DNA from: an uncultured Candidatus Sumerlaeota bacterium
GTDB lineage: Bacteria > Sumerlaeota > Sumerlaeia > Sumerlaeales > Sumerlaeaceae
DNA length: 47,454 nt
Direction: 5' to 3'
NCBI GenBank assembly: GCA_964444305.1
Contig: CAYUGQ010000002.1
Coordinates: forward strand, 1-47,454
Under the pieces are notes generated by a model, which was given only the letters and a program-made list of their open reading frames with translations, was not told the DNA's origin and searched no databases. Positions 17,886 through 26,500 of the stretch are shown here, in pieces. The translations under genes were made by a program, and so were the position numbers. The stretch's first letter is position 1, and every line of letters starts with the position of its first letter.

Positions 17886-19052
17886 TTATGATTCAAGTTC
17901 GATGGCTTCGCGGTAGAATTCCTTCATCTGATCTGCTACGGCCATTGCGGAGAAATTCTGGGCCACACGGCGAGCGCCGTGTCGGCCCATTTTTTGTGCC
18001 AAGTCGGGATTAGCCAGCAGTATGTTAATAGACTCCGCCAGTTCATCGGGAGCGGACGGGGAAACCAGGTATCCGGTCTGACCGTCGATAATCTGTTCAA
18101 GATTCCCCCCCACTCTAGTGGCTACCACCGGAAGACTCGTAGCCATGGCTTCGAGAATGGTATTGGAGAACCCTTCCTCATGGCTGGAGCTTACCAGAAT
18201 CGTCATAAGTTGCAGTAGTTTAGGAACATCGTGGCGTTCGCCAGTCAGGATGAAATGATCGTCAACACCGAGCATTGCGGCTTTTTTCTTAAGTTCCCCC
18301 CCAATGCCGTCGTCCCGGCCTACGAGAAGAAATTTGGTTTCAGGCTGGTTATGCAAAATAGACGGGGCCGCTTCGACGAGATCTGAATGTCCTTTATAAG
18401 GCTTGAGATTTGCAACCATGCCGATAACTGGTTTACCAACCTCCAGCCCGAATTCTTCCCGCAACGGCTCTTTATCAAAGCTGAGTCCATACGACTGGCT
18501 GTCGATACCGTTATAGATAACCCGAAGCAGGTCCGGATCTACCGGTTCGCGACGAATCACGTCGTCAAGAATTCCCTGAGATTTGCAGTGAAAAAGGGTA
18601 AAATAGCGATCAGTAAAGTCCTCTAGTTTTGCAAAGGCAGGAGCGTTGTCACGATAATTCCCAAGGGATAATCGGCTGCAGACCAGAACAGGGCGTCTTG
18701 AAATTTTACTGGCTAAGGCTCCCATAACATTGCACACGGGGATCATAGTGTGCAAAATATCCGGTTTGATTTTTCGCAAACGCCTCACGAGCTTCATGAC
18801 TGACGCCCCGGTGGTTGGGAAGTTCTTCCAGACGACGCGGCCGTTATGGCGCAAGCGGGGATACTTCAGATCAGTCAGACTGTCAGTGCATTTCTCAAAA
18901 CGCTCTTTCAGAGGACCAAACCCCGAAAGGCAGATGACGTGCTTTTCGTACTGCTCAGAAGGCAGGTTTTCCAGTAAAAGAGCCAGTTGCCGCTCGGTGC
19001 CTCCGCTTTCCAGGCTGGTTATGAAGTAAGCAATTCGGATTTTTTCTGTCAT
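17886..19052 (-). CDS. glycosyltransferase family 4 (GT-B fold)
   Basis: 388 aa. N-terminal IAYFITSLESGGTERQL and a C-terminal EEGFSNTILEAMATSLPVVATRVGG (E-x7-E) motif. Confidence 0.9.
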   Translation of the reverse strand: MTEKIRIAYFITSLESGGTERQLALLLENLPSEQYEKHVICLSGFGPLKERFEKCTDSLTDLKYPRLRHNGRVVWKNFPTTGASVMKLVRRLRKIKPDILHTMIPVCNVMGALASKISRRPVLVCSRLSLGNYRDNAPAFAKLEDFTDRYFTLFHCKSQGILDDVIRREPVDPDLLRVIYNGIDSQSYGLSFDKEPLREEFGLEVGKPVIGMVANLKPYKGHSDLVEAAPSILHNQPETKFLLVGRDDGIGGELKKKAAMLGVDDHFILTGERHDVPKLLQLMTILVSSSHEEGFSNTILEAMATSLPVVATRVGGNLEQIIDGQTGYLVSPSAPDELAESINILLANPDLAQKMGRHGARRVAQNFSAMAVADQMKEFYREAIELES

Positions 19053-19082
19053 AGACGTATAGTTTAATTTCTCTAAGCCATT

Positions 19083-20549
19083 ATGGCCAGCAAAGCATAT
19101 CTACTTCCTCATATGGAACTTCGACACCAAATCAACCAGAATCCCGCGGGAATGGCTGCGCTATCTGTTTTCAGGGATTTACAAGCTGCCGGTCATGAAG
19201 CGTGGTTTGTAGGTGGGGGAGTGCGCGACCTGCTTCTGGGGGCGGACCCAAAGGATTTCGACATTGCGACATCGGCCCGACCGAATGATCTGGCGCAAGT
19301 TTTTCCAGGTAGTAACATGGTGGGGGCAAGGTTTGGGGTATTTATTGTCCGGCAGGGCGATTACCAGGTGGAGGTCGCAACCTTTCGGGAGGAGGGGGAG
19401 TATCACGATCGGCGGCGGCCGGACTTGATACGGTTTTCAACCCAGGAATTGGATGCGCAGCGGCGGGACTTTACGGTTAATGCTCTTTATTATAATCCGG
19501 ATACGGGGGAACTGCGTGATACGGTAAACGGCATCTTTGATCTGAAGAACCGCCAGCTTCGGGCTGTCGGGGATGCGAGGGCGCGTTTTCAGGAGGACAG
19601 TCTTCGAATGTTGAGAGCATTGAGGTTTGCGGCCAATCTTCAGTTTAAGATCGCTCCCGATACTTGGACGGCACTTTGTGAGTCCATCGGGAATATCAGC
19701 CACCTTAGTCCGGAGCGAGTTAGAGAGGAGTTGCTGCGTGGCCTTACGCATGGTCAGGCAGGGCGATTCCTGCAATTGCTGGATGATTCTGGTGCTCTTC
19801 AGATCATTCTGCCTGAGGTGGCCGAGCTTAAGGGGTGTCAACAACCACCGGAATTTCATCCAGAAGGCGACGTTTTTATCCATACCAAATTACTTCTGGA
19901 AAACCTGAAGCCTGGAACTTCACCCGAACTTGCTATGGCGGTACTGCTTCATGACATTGGGAAGCCAAAAACACAAACGTTTGAAGACAGGATTCGCTTT
20001 AACGGACACGATAAAGTTGGTGCCGAGATGGCGGAGGCAATTACCCGGCGGCTTCGCTTTTCAAATTTTCAAATCGAGCAGATAACCAACATGGTCCGAC
20101 GCCACATGCAATTTGTAAACCTGCCTCAAATGCGAACATCCACCCTGAAACAGTTTCTGAATGAACCAACGATTGAAGACGAGCTGGAGCTGCACCATTT
20201 GGATTGCCTCGCAAGCCACGGAGATCTTTCAACTTATGAGATGGCTAAAATAAAGTTACTAGAATTTCGAGAAGAGGACGCCCGAGGGGCTGCGCTGCCG
20301 CAACCGTTTCTTACTGGACAGGAGCTGATAAGTATCGGTATGAAGCCTGGTCCGGCCTTTGGCTGGCTTTTGCGAGAGATTTATGATGCTCAATTAGAGC
20401 AGCGTGTGCGGAGTCGGGAAGAAGCTATCCAACTGGTGATGCAACTGGTTAAGAGCCTGCCGGATGAAAAGAAACCGTTATTTGCCGATAACTGCAAGCC
20501 AACAGAAATTTCAAAAGGCCTAAATTGTTTAGGCAGTGAAGATTTATGA
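19083..20549 (+). CDS. cca: CCA-adding tRNA nucleotidyltransferase with HD domain
   Basis: Head-domain motifs VGGGVRDLLLG and DFDIAT, RRDFTVNALYY, and HD motif LLHDIGKP. It overlaps panB by 4 nt. Confidence 0.85.
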   Translation: MASKAYLLPHMELRHQINQNPAGMAALSVFRDLQAAGHEAWFVGGGVRDLLLGADPKDFDIATSARPNDLAQVFPGSNMVGARFGVFIVRQGDYQVEVATFREEGEYHDRRRPDLIRFSTQELDAQRRDFTVNALYYNPDTGELRDTVNGIFDLKNRQLRAVGDARARFQEDSLRMLRALRFAANLQFKIAPDTWTALCESIGNISHLSPERVREELLRGLTHGQAGRFLQLLDDSGALQIILPEVAELKGCQQPPEFHPEGDVFIHTKLLLENLKPGTSPELAMAVLLHDIGKPKTQTFEDRIRFNGHDKVGAEMAEAITRRLRFSNFQIEQITNMVRRHMQFVNLPQMRTSTLKQFLNEPTIEDELELHHLDCLASHGDLSTYEMAKIKLLEFREEDARGAALPQPFLTGQELISIGMKPGPAFGWLLREIYDAQLEQRVRSREEAIQLVMQLVKSLPDEKKPLFADNCKPTEISKGLNCLGSEDL

Positions 20550-21367
20550 GCAGCCAAACCAATAAACCGCCATCGAAACGCCGCGTTCACCATTTTGCCC
20601 AGGCAAAAACTTCAGGTCAGAAAATAGCTGTCGTGACAGCCTATGATTATCCGACCGCCATTGCAGTTGACGCGGCGGGTGCAGACGTTATTCTGGTAGG
20701 GGACTCCCTGGGAATGGTTGCGCTGGGTTTGGACAGCACGATTCCGGTCACCATGGAAATGATGGTTCATCATACGTCTGCGGTCCGGCGGGGCGTAAGC
20801 AGAGCATTTGTTATAGCCGATATGCCTTTTCTCACCTATGGTGTCTCACGCGAAGAAAGTTTGAAAAATGCCGGTCGACTCATTCAGGAAGCCGGTGCGG
20901 AAGCTGTAAAAATTGAAGGCGGAGCAGCCATGGCAGATACCATCAAAGCCATGGTGGATGCAGGCATCCCAGTTCTCGCCCACATTGGATTGTTGCCCCA
21001 GTCTGTCAATAAGCTTGGCGGTTATCGGGTACAGGGTAGGGAAGCAGAGGAAGCAGATCATCTTTTGCGGGACGCTCATGCGGTGCAGCAGGCAGGTGCA
21101 TTCGGCGTTGTGCTTGAAGCAATTCCCGCCGAACTGGCTGCCAAAATCACGCAGGAGCTGGCGATCCCGACCATTGGTATAGGAGCTGGCAAACACTGTG
21201 ATGGTCAGGTTCTGGTTTTAAGCGATGTAGTTGGAATGTTGCCCGGCCGCGTGCCTAAATTCGTAAAGAAGTATTCGGATCTCGCATCCGAGATGTCTCG
21301 CGCGATTAAGGAATTTTCAGACGAAGTACGTGCCGGCACCTTCCCTGCCGACGATCAGCAATACTAA
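20546..21367 (+). CDS. panB: 3-methyl-2-oxobutanoate hydroxymethyltransferase
   Basis: 273 aa. Motifs IAVVTAYDYPTA, LVGDSLGMV, ADMPF and GAEAVKIEGG. Confidence 0.95.
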   Translation: MSSQTNKPPSKRRVHHFAQAKTSGQKIAVVTAYDYPTAIAVDAAGADVILVGDSLGMVALGLDSTIPVTMEMMVHHTSAVRRGVSRAFVIADMPFLTYGVSREESLKNAGRLIQEAGAEAVKIEGGAAMADTIKAMVDAGIPVLAHIGLLPQSVNKLGGYRVQGREAEEADHLLRDAHAVQQAGAFGVVLEAIPAELAAKITQELAIPTIGIGAGKHCDGQVLVLSDVVGMLPGRVPKFVKKYSDLASEMSRAIKEFSDEVRAGTFPADDQQY

Positions 21368-21427
21368 GCACGTCTAACTGCTTGAAAATTTTAAGGTTAT
21401 CACGCAAGGAGTAGTAGTAAACATAAC

Positions 21428-22408
21428 ATGGACCAGACTCAGGACAGTTACAGAGGAGCATTGATAGGCGCAGCTGTGGGCGATGCGTTGGGGGCGACCG
21501 TTGACCGTCTGAGCCGCTCAGAGGTAAAAGAACAATTTGGCGTTCATCGGGAAATCGTCGGCGGAGGCCGGTTAAATCTTGAGCCTGGTCAGGCTGGAGA
21601 CGATACAGGGCTTGCTCTTGCCGTGGCGCAATCTCTGGTGGAACATGAAGAATGTGACCTTCGTGATATTGCCAGCCGTATGCTGGACTATTTAAAAGAG
21701 CAGAGTTCGGGACACGGGTTGGGGCCTACGACCGGAAATGTCGTGCCGAACATCAAACCTAAGGGGAAAGACATCTTTGCTGCAGCCAAGAAGTATGCTC
21801 AGCAAGAGCCAGACTATGCCGGCAGCGGTTCTATTGCCCGCGTAGCGCCCGTTGCCATGCTTCGCCGAGTCTTATTTCCGCAACTGGTCAGTGAAACTAT
21901 CGCTGTATGCCAACTGACTCACTTTCAGCAGCGGTCCGTTGATAGCTGTATCGCTTTCAATTTTGGGGTAAGCTATCTTACCAGTGGAAAAGATCCATCC
22001 AAACTCTTGTTTAAGACCTGGCGTTTTCTGGCTGATCAGCGTGAGAGTAAGGAATATCGCGAGCTTTATGGAGAAGATGGTTTGCCTGCCGATCAAGATA
22101 TGGTAAAAGCTCTGAAGGCCGTTAATACGATTTCTTACGACGATTTACAGGCAAATGGCCAGGCCGTTGAAACGACTCAGGCTGCTTATTGGTTGACGCT
22201 GAACGCTATTGATTTTGAAGAAGGTCTGGTACGTGCCGTGAACCTCGGCGGCGACGCCGCAACATTGGGCTCCGTCGCAGGAGCTCTGTTGGGGGCCCGG
22301 TTTGGTGAGCAGGCCATCCCAGAGCGGTGGTTGGAATCCCTGCAAGGTCGCGAAGATCTGGAAGCAGTTGCTGACAAGCTATGTAAGTTGGGTGAGCCTA
22401 AAAAGTAA
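21428..22408 (+). CDS. ADP-ribosylglycohydrolase family protein
   Basis: 326 aa. N-terminal GALIGAAVGDALGATVD, GDDTGLALAVAQSL, and C-terminal GGDAATLGSVAGALLGARFG motifs of the ARH/DraG family. Confidence 0.85.
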   Translation: MDQTQDSYRGALIGAAVGDALGATVDRLSRSEVKEQFGVHREIVGGGRLNLEPGQAGDDTGLALAVAQSLVEHEECDLRDIASRMLDYLKEQSSGHGLGPTTGNVVPNIKPKGKDIFAAAKKYAQQEPDYAGSGSIARVAPVAMLRRVLFPQLVSETIAVCQLTHFQQRSVDSCIAFNFGVSYLTSGKDPSKLLFKTWRFLADQRESKEYRELYGEDGLPADQDMVKALKAVNTISYDDLQANGQAVETTQAAYWLTLNAIDFEEGLVRAVNLGGDAATLGSVAGALLGARFGEQAIPERWLESLQGREDLEAVADKLCKLGEPKK

Positions 22409-22433
22409 GTAGTTTTACACAAGCTGTCAAGGC

Positions 22434-22450
22434 TTAAAGTGGCACTTTAA
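22434..22450. promoter_or_regulatory. 17-bp perfect palindrome (possible operator) in the ARH-vanZ intergenic region
   Basis: TTAAAGTG-G-CACTTTAA, 8-bp arms with a 1-nt spacer, 26 nt after the ARH stop. There is no T-run, so it is not a typical terminator. Confidence 0.2.
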
Positions 22451-22552
22451 CACATTGAGCCACCACCCTCTCACTTAACCTATGGTCTCGCGGTTTAAGC
22501 CCAATGTTTTCAACAGACTAAGACACAAGCTGTGGGACAGTTAAATCAGAAT

Positions 22553-22577
22553 TAGTTAAGGTAGTTAAGGAAGTTAT
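22553..22577. repeat. short tandem repeat TAGTTAAGG x2 plus a partial third copy
   Basis: TAGTTAAGG at 22553-22561 and at 22562-22570, followed by AAGTTAT. AGTTAA also occurs at 22539-22544. Confidence 0.6.
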
Positions 22578-22652
22578 CCAAACAATTCAAGGTATGCACA
22601 CAGGCGCTTAATCGATTATGCCACAACTCTTAACATTGTTGGTTTAGGCTCC

Positions 22653-23084
22653 ATGTCGAGTCCAAAATCACTACAGTTTTCGCCCTCGGGCTTCGGGCTG
22701 CTGGCCGGCTGGTCGATGATGATTTTTGCTTTGTCCTCTGTTCCTGGAAATCATTATCCCGTTATTTCCATGCCGCATGCTGATAAGATCGTTCACTTCG
22801 GACTTTATCTGCCACTAGGTTTCTTTGCTGCGTGGTTCTTTCGCAGCGCCAATCTTTCCATAAAAGCACCGGTGTTTTATGGACTGTTGTATGCGGCTAG
22901 TGATGAATTCCATCAGCTGTTTGTTCCCCGTCGTACATGTTCATTTGCCGACTGGTGTGCAGATGCTGTGGGAACCCTTGCCGGGATTGGAATATATCTC
23001 ACGATACAGCGGAAGTTGAACTCGACAAAAAGGCGAAAGAACGTCAAAAACACCAAAATTACAGAATCACTGGAGCTGTCGTAA
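22653..23084 (+). CDS. VanZ-family membrane protein
   Basis: 143 aa with about 4 TM helices. HADKIVHFGLYLPLGF and SDEFHQLFVPRRTCSFADW are typical of VanZ-like proteins. Confidence 0.75.
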   Translation: MSSPKSLQFSPSGFGLLAGWSMMIFALSSVPGNHYPVISMPHADKIVHFGLYLPLGFFAAWFFRSANLSIKAPVFYGLLYAASDEFHQLFVPRRTCSFADWCADAVGTLAGIGIYLTIQRKLNSTKRRKNVKNTKITESLELS

Positions 23085-23711
23085 GTGTCTATTTCCCTGG
23101 AGCCCCAAGGAACCCTAATCATCTTGTCATCCCCGTCCGGGGGCGGAAAAAGCTCAATATGCAGGGCACTTTTGGATTCTGATCCACGTCTTGGCTACTC
23201 TGTTTCAGTTACAAGCCGCCCGCGCAGACGGGATGAGGTGGACGGTCGTGACTATCATTTTATCAGTGAATCAGACTTTCACGAGCTGATCGCTCACGAT
23301 ATGTTTTACGAATGGGCTAAAGTCCACGGAAATTATTACGGCACCAGGAAGGACTTGGTGGATGCAAAAATTGCCGCCGGTCAGGATGTCGTTCTGGATT
23401 TGGACGTCGTTGGCGGCTTGAACATCAAAAAGCTAAATGACCGGGCAATCCTGATTTTTGTTCTGCCTCCATCTCTTGTGGTCCTTGAGGAACGACTGCG
23501 TAACCGTAATACTGACAACGAAGAAGTTATAAAACTAAGGCTGCGAAATGCCCGTCACGAGATCCATTTTGCGCAGAAGTATGATTATGCGGTGGTTAAT
23601 GAAGACCTGAATCAGACGATTTCGATCATACGGAAAATTATCGACGCTGAACGGCACTCTAGTAAACACCAGAAGATCATTATCACCGGGGAAGATGCTC
23701 TCGAACCATGA
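23085..23711 (+). CDS. gmk: guanylate kinase
   Basis: 208 aa. The GTG start immediately follows the vanZ stop. P-loop SSPSGGGKSS, SVTSRPRRRDEVDGRDYHF, and YYGT. Confidence 0.95.
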   Translation: MSISLEPQGTLIILSSPSGGGKSSICRALLDSDPRLGYSVSVTSRPRRRDEVDGRDYHFISESDFHELIAHDMFYEWAKVHGNYYGTRKDLVDAKIAAGQDVVLDLDVVGGLNIKKLNDRAILIFVLPPSLVVLEERLRNRNTDNEEVIKLRLRNARHEIHFAQKYDYAVVNEDLNQTISIIRKIIDAERHSSKHQKIIITGEDALEP

Positions 23712-24790
23712 AAGAGGAACTTGAACAGCGGATTGGGCGGGTCCAGTCCGAGCTTCGTCGTCGTAAGCTCAGCGGAATTGTTATAGAGGGACGAGAAAAT
23801 TCCTTTTATTTATCGGGTTATCCGAGTTCGGCATCCCTTCTTTTAATCACTCAATCTGCGGCGTGGTTCTTCACGGATTCTCGATATTTTGATTCGGCCG
23901 TATCATCTATCAAACATATGGAAGTGGTGCTCTCCACCCAGCGGGCCTTCACACAGATTGCAGACATCGCACGAAAGAAGCGGCTGAAGCGTATCGGTTT
24001 TGAAGAGACGGCATCGTATGCGCAAGTAGAAGGCATGAAGAAAGCCTTCGACTGGGCAGAGCTAACCCCAGCAGGCTCAATTGTCAGCGACCTTCGGCTT
24101 GTTAAGTCTGACCGGGAAATCAAAGCAATCGCGGCCAATCAGCGCCTTAACCAAAAGATCTATAGCCAAGCTGTCGAATTTTCTCAACCAGGTATGACGG
24201 AGGTTGAGATTCGCAACCAGATCCTGCGGCTGTTGATCGACCATGGGGCTGAGGAGGCTTTTGCGAGCATCATTGCGACCGGGGCCAATTCTGCCAATCC
24301 TCATGCTGTCCCAGGCAATTTTCGGTTGAAAGCAGGGGAACTGCTGCTGTTTGATATGGGGGTGAAAAAGAACTATTATCACAGTGATATGACCAGGACC
24401 GTGGCAATAGGGGAGAAGCTGAGGCCGGAATGCGCGGGGATCTACGAAGTTGTTCTCAGTGCTCAGCTTGCTGCGGTCAAAGAACTTGGGCCGGGCGTTT
24501 CATGTAAGCATGTGGACTCCGTAGCCCGTGACATCATTTCACAGGCAGGGTATGGTGACCAGTTTGGTCACGGGCTTGGGCACGGAGTTGGCCTTAACAT
24601 CCATGAAGGTCCGACCTTGAACCCTCGCAGCAGTGATGTTTTGAAAGCTGGGATGGTGGTCACTATCGAGCCCGGTATTTATCTGCCCGGTATTGGAGGA
24701 GTGCGTATTGAAGATTTGCTGGTCATCACAGAAAATGGCGCGCGAAACCTCACTTCCGTTCCAAAGCGGCTTACACACATCACCGTCTAA
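23708..24790 (+). CDS. M24B-family Xaa-Pro aminopeptidase/dipeptidase
   Basis: 360 aa. Creatinase/prolidase N-domain, metal ligands in FDMG...[23 protein letters not shown], and VTIEPGIY...GVRIED. It overlaps the gmk stop by 4 nt. Confidence 0.9.
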   Translation: MKEELEQRIGRVQSELRRRKLSGIVIEGRENSFYLSGYPSSASLLLITQSAAWFFTDSRYFDSAVSSIKHMEVVLSTQRAFTQIADIARKKRLKRIGFEETASYAQVEGMKKAFDWAELTPAGSIVSDLRLVKSDREIKAIAANQRLNQKIYSQAVEFSQPGMTEVEIRNQILRLLIDHGAEEAFASIIATGANSANPHAVPGNFRLKAGELLLFDMGVKKNYYHSDMTRTVAIGEKLRPECAGIYEVVLSAQLAAVKELGPGVSCKHVDSVARDIISQAGYGDQFGHGLGHGVGLNIHEGPTLNPRSSDVLKAGMVVTIEPGIYLPGIGGVRIEDLLVITENGARNLTSVPKRLTHITV

Positions 24791-24844
24791 TTACTATTTA
24801 GATATTGAAATACGTTACCCAGCCGTCCTATACCTTATAACAGG

Positions 24845-26074
24845 ATGATTTGGCAAAGCACATACATGTCCCGCGTTGCAGTGGTCTCTTCCCTTGCGGC
24901 GGCCCTGTGGTTTACGACGCCTGCCAGCGGTTTGGCCCAAATGTCGGCCATCATGGAGGAAGCTCAGCAAGTTAGCCTGATCAGCCGCAGCAATTCAAAC
25001 CCGGCTGTTGCGTACAGCGAGAACGGCCGGAGCTTATTCGTAGTGTGGGATGGAATAGCCGGGAGCAGCCGCCGCATATTCTTGCGAGAGCAGAGAGATG
25101 GCGAATGGCTTCCGCCGGTTATAGTCGATTCGAACCCAACCGGGAGTAATTCCATGCCCACTGTAGCAGTGGATTCCACCGGTGTGCCTCATGTGGCCTG
25201 GATTAGTCAAGCAGGGGAGAAGCGACAGCCGGTATATGCACGGCGTATTTCCAGATTTCCCAACAAGTGGCATCAACTGACAGTTCCCTTTCCGTCGGAT
25301 TCGTCCGTCGTGGGAAGCGCAGACCTGGTTACTCTCAGTCTTGACGAACAGGACCAGCCCTGGATCGTCTGGCAGTTTGGATACGGGAATATTTACAGTG
25401 TGGCCTGCACGCGATATCATCAGGGTGATGGTGTTCTCATCACCGATGAGCTGACGCCTGGCGCTGACAGCCATAATATTTTTCCGGAACTTTTCTTTTT
25501 GCCCGAACCGACCGTCTATTGGTACTTGGCCCAGGCTGACCAGTTTTATCTGATCGGTGCGCAATTTAACGCCGCAACTGGACGTTGGCAGGTAGCTCTT
25601 CCAGATAACTTCGAAAATGTTCCAGCTCAACATTTCCCAGATCTGTTTATGACGAACCGCGGTCCGTTGGCGGCAATCTGGTATGATCGTCTTACGGAAG
25701 TGGATGGCGAACCGCGGGACCGGGTATTTATGGGAGTGGGCGACGCCGACACGCGAGGCAGGGGAGAGGTGATCGACCGAAGCTCTGATGCAAACAGCCA
25801 TTCCGTAGCGGCAACGGTTATTGGTGATCAGTACGTTGCGGCATGGGTCTCAGAGCTTTATGGCCTGGGATACGAGCTAAATCTTGGGATTGGAAGCAGT
25901 CCGGACAGCATGATCCCTTTCACAATCAGGCATTCAGAGGAAAGCCTGATAAGCAATCCAGCGATCGTATCTACGGATCAGCGGGCGGCCATTGCCTGGG
26001 AAGAGTCCACAGGACCAAGCAGAGAGAACTCTGAGATTCATGTTCGCGCTGCCGCCTTTGCCGGCCAGCAGTAG
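24845..26074 (+). CDS. secreted hypothetical protein with about 7 internal repeats (beta-propeller-like)
   Basis: 409 aa. Signal peptide (VAVVSSLAAALWFTTPASGLAQ). Recurrent roughly 45-55-aa units each end in hydrophobic-x-W: FVVWD, HVAWIS, WIVWQ, TVYWY, AAIWYD, VAAWVS and AIAWEE. Confidence 0.5.
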   Translation: MIWQSTYMSRVAVVSSLAAALWFTTPASGLAQMSAIMEEAQQVSLISRSNSNPAVAYSENGRSLFVVWDGIAGSSRRIFLREQRDGEWLPPVIVDSNPTGSNSMPTVAVDSTGVPHVAWISQAGEKRQPVYARRISRFPNKWHQLTVPFPSDSSVVGSADLVTLSLDEQDQPWIVWQFGYGNIYSVACTRYHQGDGVLITDELTPGADSHNIFPELFFLPEPTVYWYLAQADQFYLIGAQFNAATGRWQVALPDNFENVPAQHFPDLFMTNRGPLAAIWYDRLTEVDGEPRDRVFMGVGDADTRGRGEVIDRSSDANSHSVAATVIGDQYVAAWVSELYGLGYELNLGIGSSPDSMIPFTIRHSEESLISNPAIVSTDQRAAIAWEESTGPSRENSEIHVRAAAFAGQQ

Positions 26075-26500
26075 TGTAATCTCTCAACCGAAGCTAATCA
26101 TCTACCGGAAAATCAATCATCGCTGATGATTAAGAAGTTTCTAAGGACCAGCATCTGGCATTTTCTGCCTGCAGATATTCCCCTCAACGCCTCTCCCCTG
26201 AGCAAAATGCCTTCTCAGGCAAACTTCCTTAAATGTAAGTTTCAGGAAGTTATGGTAAGTTTAGAGTTATCAGGGGAGTGGGTGCGTATTATTAACTGCT
26301 TCATTCATTAAATATTGCCTCGTAACCTCGATGGTTCTCATGCTGACGGTATTCCGTATTTTCTTGACCAATGCAATACCTCGCCGTATCCACTCTCATA
26401 AATTCAAAGTTTGCAGTTAGAACTTCTGATGCCGTACCCGGCAGGTCCTCGGCGGACAAGTCGGCAAGTTAGTCCATTACCCTCGAAAGCAGGACTTGTA

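Noticed and set aside
21428-22408. The ADP-ribosylglycohydrolase as the antitoxin or reversal half of an ADP-ribosylation toxin or defence pair.
   Set aside because: No ADP-ribosyltransferase-like partner (DarT-, Tre1- or DraT-like) is adjacent. The neighbours are panB and vanZ/gmk housekeeping genes.
22440-22456. TGGCAC in the ARH-vanZ intergenic region, considered as a sigma-54 -24 box.
   Set aside because: There is no GC at the -12 position (CACA instead of TTGC). The TGGCAC is part of the 17-bp palindrome reported separately.
25034-25801. A 255-aa ORF on the - strand.
   Set aside because: It is antisense to the 409-aa repeat-protein gene, which has a signal peptide and internal periodicity. 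The antisense ORF has no start context or motifs.
26154-26168. TGGCATTTTCTGCCT upstream of the beta-helix gene, considered as a sigma-54 promoter.
   Set aside because: The GG to GC spacing is two nt too short.
26126-26311. A 61-aa ORF in the long intergenic gap.
   Set aside because: It has no Shine-Dalgarno, an AT-rich context and no recognisable features. It is not called as a gene but is noted under the gap finding.
26439-26454. CGGCAGG-TCCT-CGGCG with correct spacing, upstream of ATG 26501.
   Set aside because: It matches only 7/12 positions and has a poor -12 element. It is too weak to call as a feature, so it is mentioned only in the locus-level finding.
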